60,929 nt of DNA, taken from contig JBBSGZ010000005.1 in assembly GCA_038253555.1 (NCBI GenBank), positions 1-60,929 on the forward strand. The letters run 5' to 3'. Made by a program: the position numbers and the translations under genes. The DNA is from Thermoanaerobaculia bacterium. GTDB taxonomy: Bacteria; Acidobacteriota; Thermoanaerobaculia; UBA5066; Gp7-AA6. Positions 58,753-60,929 of the stretch are shown here, in pieces (position 1 is the stretch's first letter; each line of letters starts with the position of its first letter). The notes beneath the pieces are model-generated. The model had not been told where the DNA came from and made no database searches. It saw only the letters and a list, made by a program, of their open reading frames with translations.

Positions 58753-60929
58753 ATGACCGTCACAAGCGGGACCCGCCTGGGCCCCTACGAGGTGATTTCG
58801 CCGCTCGGTGCGGGCGGAATGGGGGAGGTGTACCGGGCGCGGGACACGCGACTCGGGCGCGAGGTGGCGATCAAGGTGCTTCCCGCGCACCTCGTCTCCG
58901 ACCTGGAGGCCCTGGCTCGCTTCGAGCGAGAAACGAGAGCTGTTGCGGCACTTTCGCATCCCAACATCCTGGCGATCCATGACGTCGGGCGCGAGGAGCA
59001 CATCGTCTTCGCTGTCACCGAGCTGCTCGAGGGGGAGACGCTGCGGCAGCGTCTGTTGCGTGAAGTCCTGCCGGAGCCGCGGGTTCTGGAGTTGGGTGCC
59101 GCCCTCGCCGAGGGACTCTCCGCAGCGCATGCAAGGGGAATCGTCCACCGCGATCTGAAGCCCGAGAATGTTTTTTTGACGTCGGATGGCCGCGTGAAGA
59201 TCCTCGATTTCGGGCTCGCGCGGGTCGGGGAGCACGCCTCTGTCGAGACGGCCCGGAGCGCCGCGAACACGGCCGCCTCGCCAACTCTTCCCGGAACGGT
59301 CCTGGGAACGGTCGGCTACATCTCGCCGGAACAGATACGCGGTGAAACGGCGGACACGCGCAGCGATCTCTTTGCCCTGGGGTGCGTCTTGTACGAGATG
59401 GCGTCGGGGCGTCGCGCCTTCGCCGGAGCAACGACCGCCGAGACGTTCGCGGCAGTCCTCCGCGACGCCCCGGATCCAATCTCCGCGTCGGGTCGGCACC
59501 CCTCGCGCGGTCTCGAACGCGTCATTGGCAGGTGTCTCGAAAAGCAGCCGGAGGAGCGGTTCCAGTCGGCGCGCGATCTGGCCTTCGCGTTGAAGGAGAT
59601 TGCGACCGGATCGGCCGATATTTTCAATCCGCCGCGAGTGACCGCGACTCCTCGGCGGACGGTGCCGACGCGGCTCTGGATCCTCATTGCCGCGGCGGTG
59701 CTTCTGGTGGCCCTGGGCGGGCTCTTCCGGGCACTTCGCCGCCCCTCCTCGTCGCGAGGAACGACACGTGCGCTGGCGGTCCTGCCTTTCGAAAACCTTG
59801 CGGGTGACCCGGCGCAGAACTCCTTTGCGGACGCGATGACCGAATCGTTGATCACGAATCTCGGACGGTTTTCGGCATTGCGCGTGATTGCGCGGGGAGC
59901 TGTCGTCGGTCTGAGCGGCTCGAAGGAGCCCGCCGCGAAGATCGGCCGGTCTCTCGGCGTGGACGCCCTGGTCACGGGCGCGGTGCAGAAGTCGGGCGAT
60001 CAACTCCGTGTCAACGTCCAGCTCGTCGATGTGGCCACCGGGAGTCAACTCTGGTCCGCGCCCTTCGTTCAGACCGGAGGGAATCGATTCGCGCTCCAGG
60101 ACCGCGTTTCGCGGGGCGTTCTGTCGGCGCTCAGGATTCCGCTCACGGCGGCCGAGGAAAAGAGTCTGCGTACGGCGCCGACCGCCAATCTGGAAGCTTA
60201 TGACCTCTACGTGCGCGGAAGGCTTCGCGTCCGGCGTGAGAACCCGGAGGACAACGCAAAGGCCATCGATGACTTCGAAAAGGCGGTCGCTCTCGATCCC
60301 AACTTTGCCGCGGCCTATGCGGGGCTCGCCCGCGCGTACGGACTCAAGGTCTTTTCCTTTACGCCGGGGGACCGGTCTGGGGCAGAGAGGGCGGCGGTGG
60401 CTTCGGAGAGGGCGCTCTCGCTCGATCCCGACTCGGCGGAGGCGCATTACGCAAAGGCCTATCTTCTCTGGACTCCGGCAAACCAGTTTCCGCACGCGCA
60501 GGCGATGCAGGAGTATCGACGCGCGCTCGCGCTCGACCCGAACAACGACGAAGCTCACCACCAGCTCGGACTGATCGAAGCGCACATCGGGCTTCTCGAC
60601 CTGGCGAGCTCCGAATTCCGAATGGCGCTGGCCATAGATCCGACCAACACGCTGGCGCGTCATCGCGTCGGCGTCGCGCTGCTCTACGAGCTCCGGCACG
60701 CCGAGGCTCTTGCCGTCTTTCGCGATACGCCGCGCGACATCAACCAATCGCTGTGGACCTACCACGTGGGTTGGACCCTTCTCTCCCTCGGCCGGAAGGA
60801 CGAGTCTGCGGCGACGATCGCCGACTTTCGGCGGCTCGAGGCGAAGGACCGCGGAGGAGTCGTCGCCAGCGTGGAGGCGATCGCCGCGGCGATGGCCGGC
60901 GATGCCGCGTCGGCGGAGCGGGCGATTGC
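58753..60929 (+). CDS. Ser/Thr kinase with TM, TolB-N-like and TPR domains (3' end outside the window)
   Basis: [55 protein letters not shown]; open to the window edge. Confidence 0.9.
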   Translation, partial: MTVTSGTRLGPYEVISPLGAGGMGEVYRARDTRLGREVAIKVLPAHLVSDLEALARFERETRAVAALSHPNILAIHDVGREEHIVFAVTELLEGETLRQRLLREVLPEPRVLELGAALAEGLSAAHARGIVHRDLKPENVFLTSDGRVKILDFGLARVGEHASVETARSAANTAASPTLPGTVLGTVGYISPEQIRGETADTRSDLFALGCVLYEMASGRRAFAGATTAETFAAVLRDAPDPISASGRHPSRGLERVIGRCLEKQPEERFQSARDLAFALKEIATGSADIFNPPRVTATPRRTVPTRLWILIAAAVLLVALGGLFRALRRPSSSRGTTRALAVLPFENLAGDPAQNSFADAMTESLITNLGRFSALRVIARGAVVGLSGSKEPAAKIGRSLGVDALVTGAVQKSGDQLRVNVQLVDVATGSQLWSAPFVQTGGNRFALQDRVSRGVLSALRIPLTAAEEKSLRTAPTANLEAYDLYVRGRLRVRRENPEDNAKAIDDFEKAVALDPNFAAAYAGLARAYGLKVFSFTPGDRSGAERAAVASERALSLDPDSAEAHYAKAYLLWTPANQFPHAQAMQEYRRALALDPNNDEAHHQLGLIEAHIGLLDLASSEFRMALAIDPTNTLARHRVGVALLYELRHAEALAVFRDTPRDINQSLWTYHVGWTLLSLGRKDESAATIADFRRLEAKDRGGVVASVEAIAAAMAGDAASAERAI

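Overview
A high-GC (roughly 68-70%, estimated by eye) Gram-negative chromosome segment. The gene content suggests Acidobacteriota, probably Thermoanaerobaculia-like, though this is inference. Left to right: (1) a tandem array of Hanks-type Ser/Thr kinases (kinase + beta-propeller, kinase + TolB-N + TPR) with two internally deleted remnants and a 313-bp MITE; (2) an accessory patch (12.7-16.1 kb) with an IS481-like end, three copies of a TIR element related to Y1/RAYT-type transposases, an NTF2-like secreted protein and a DUF3494 ice-binding-like IPTL-CTERM protein; (3) pilB and an LPS core/lipid A cluster interrupted by an HNH gene; (4) an ECF sigma/anti-sigma pair ahead of a T2SS/T4P-like operon; (5) M16 peptidase, dut, methyltransferase, MBL hydrolase, purS, purQ; (6) an 8.6-kb module between purQ and purL; (7) purL, truA, two BON lipoproteins, a hydrolase, a saccharopine dehydrogenase-like gene and a final partial kinase. 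The best candidate for an undescribed system is module (6). It has a sensor-less histidine kinase and a sigma54 activator, followed by a -24/-12 promoter ahead of a 161-aa protein made of a leader plus 12 copies of DVSARSARQ. Facing it is an operon of STAS, GAF-GAF-GAF-HlyD and RRE-like/M50 protease/HlyD genes, with no ABC, RND or TolC gene. All family assignments come from motif recognition, not from searches.
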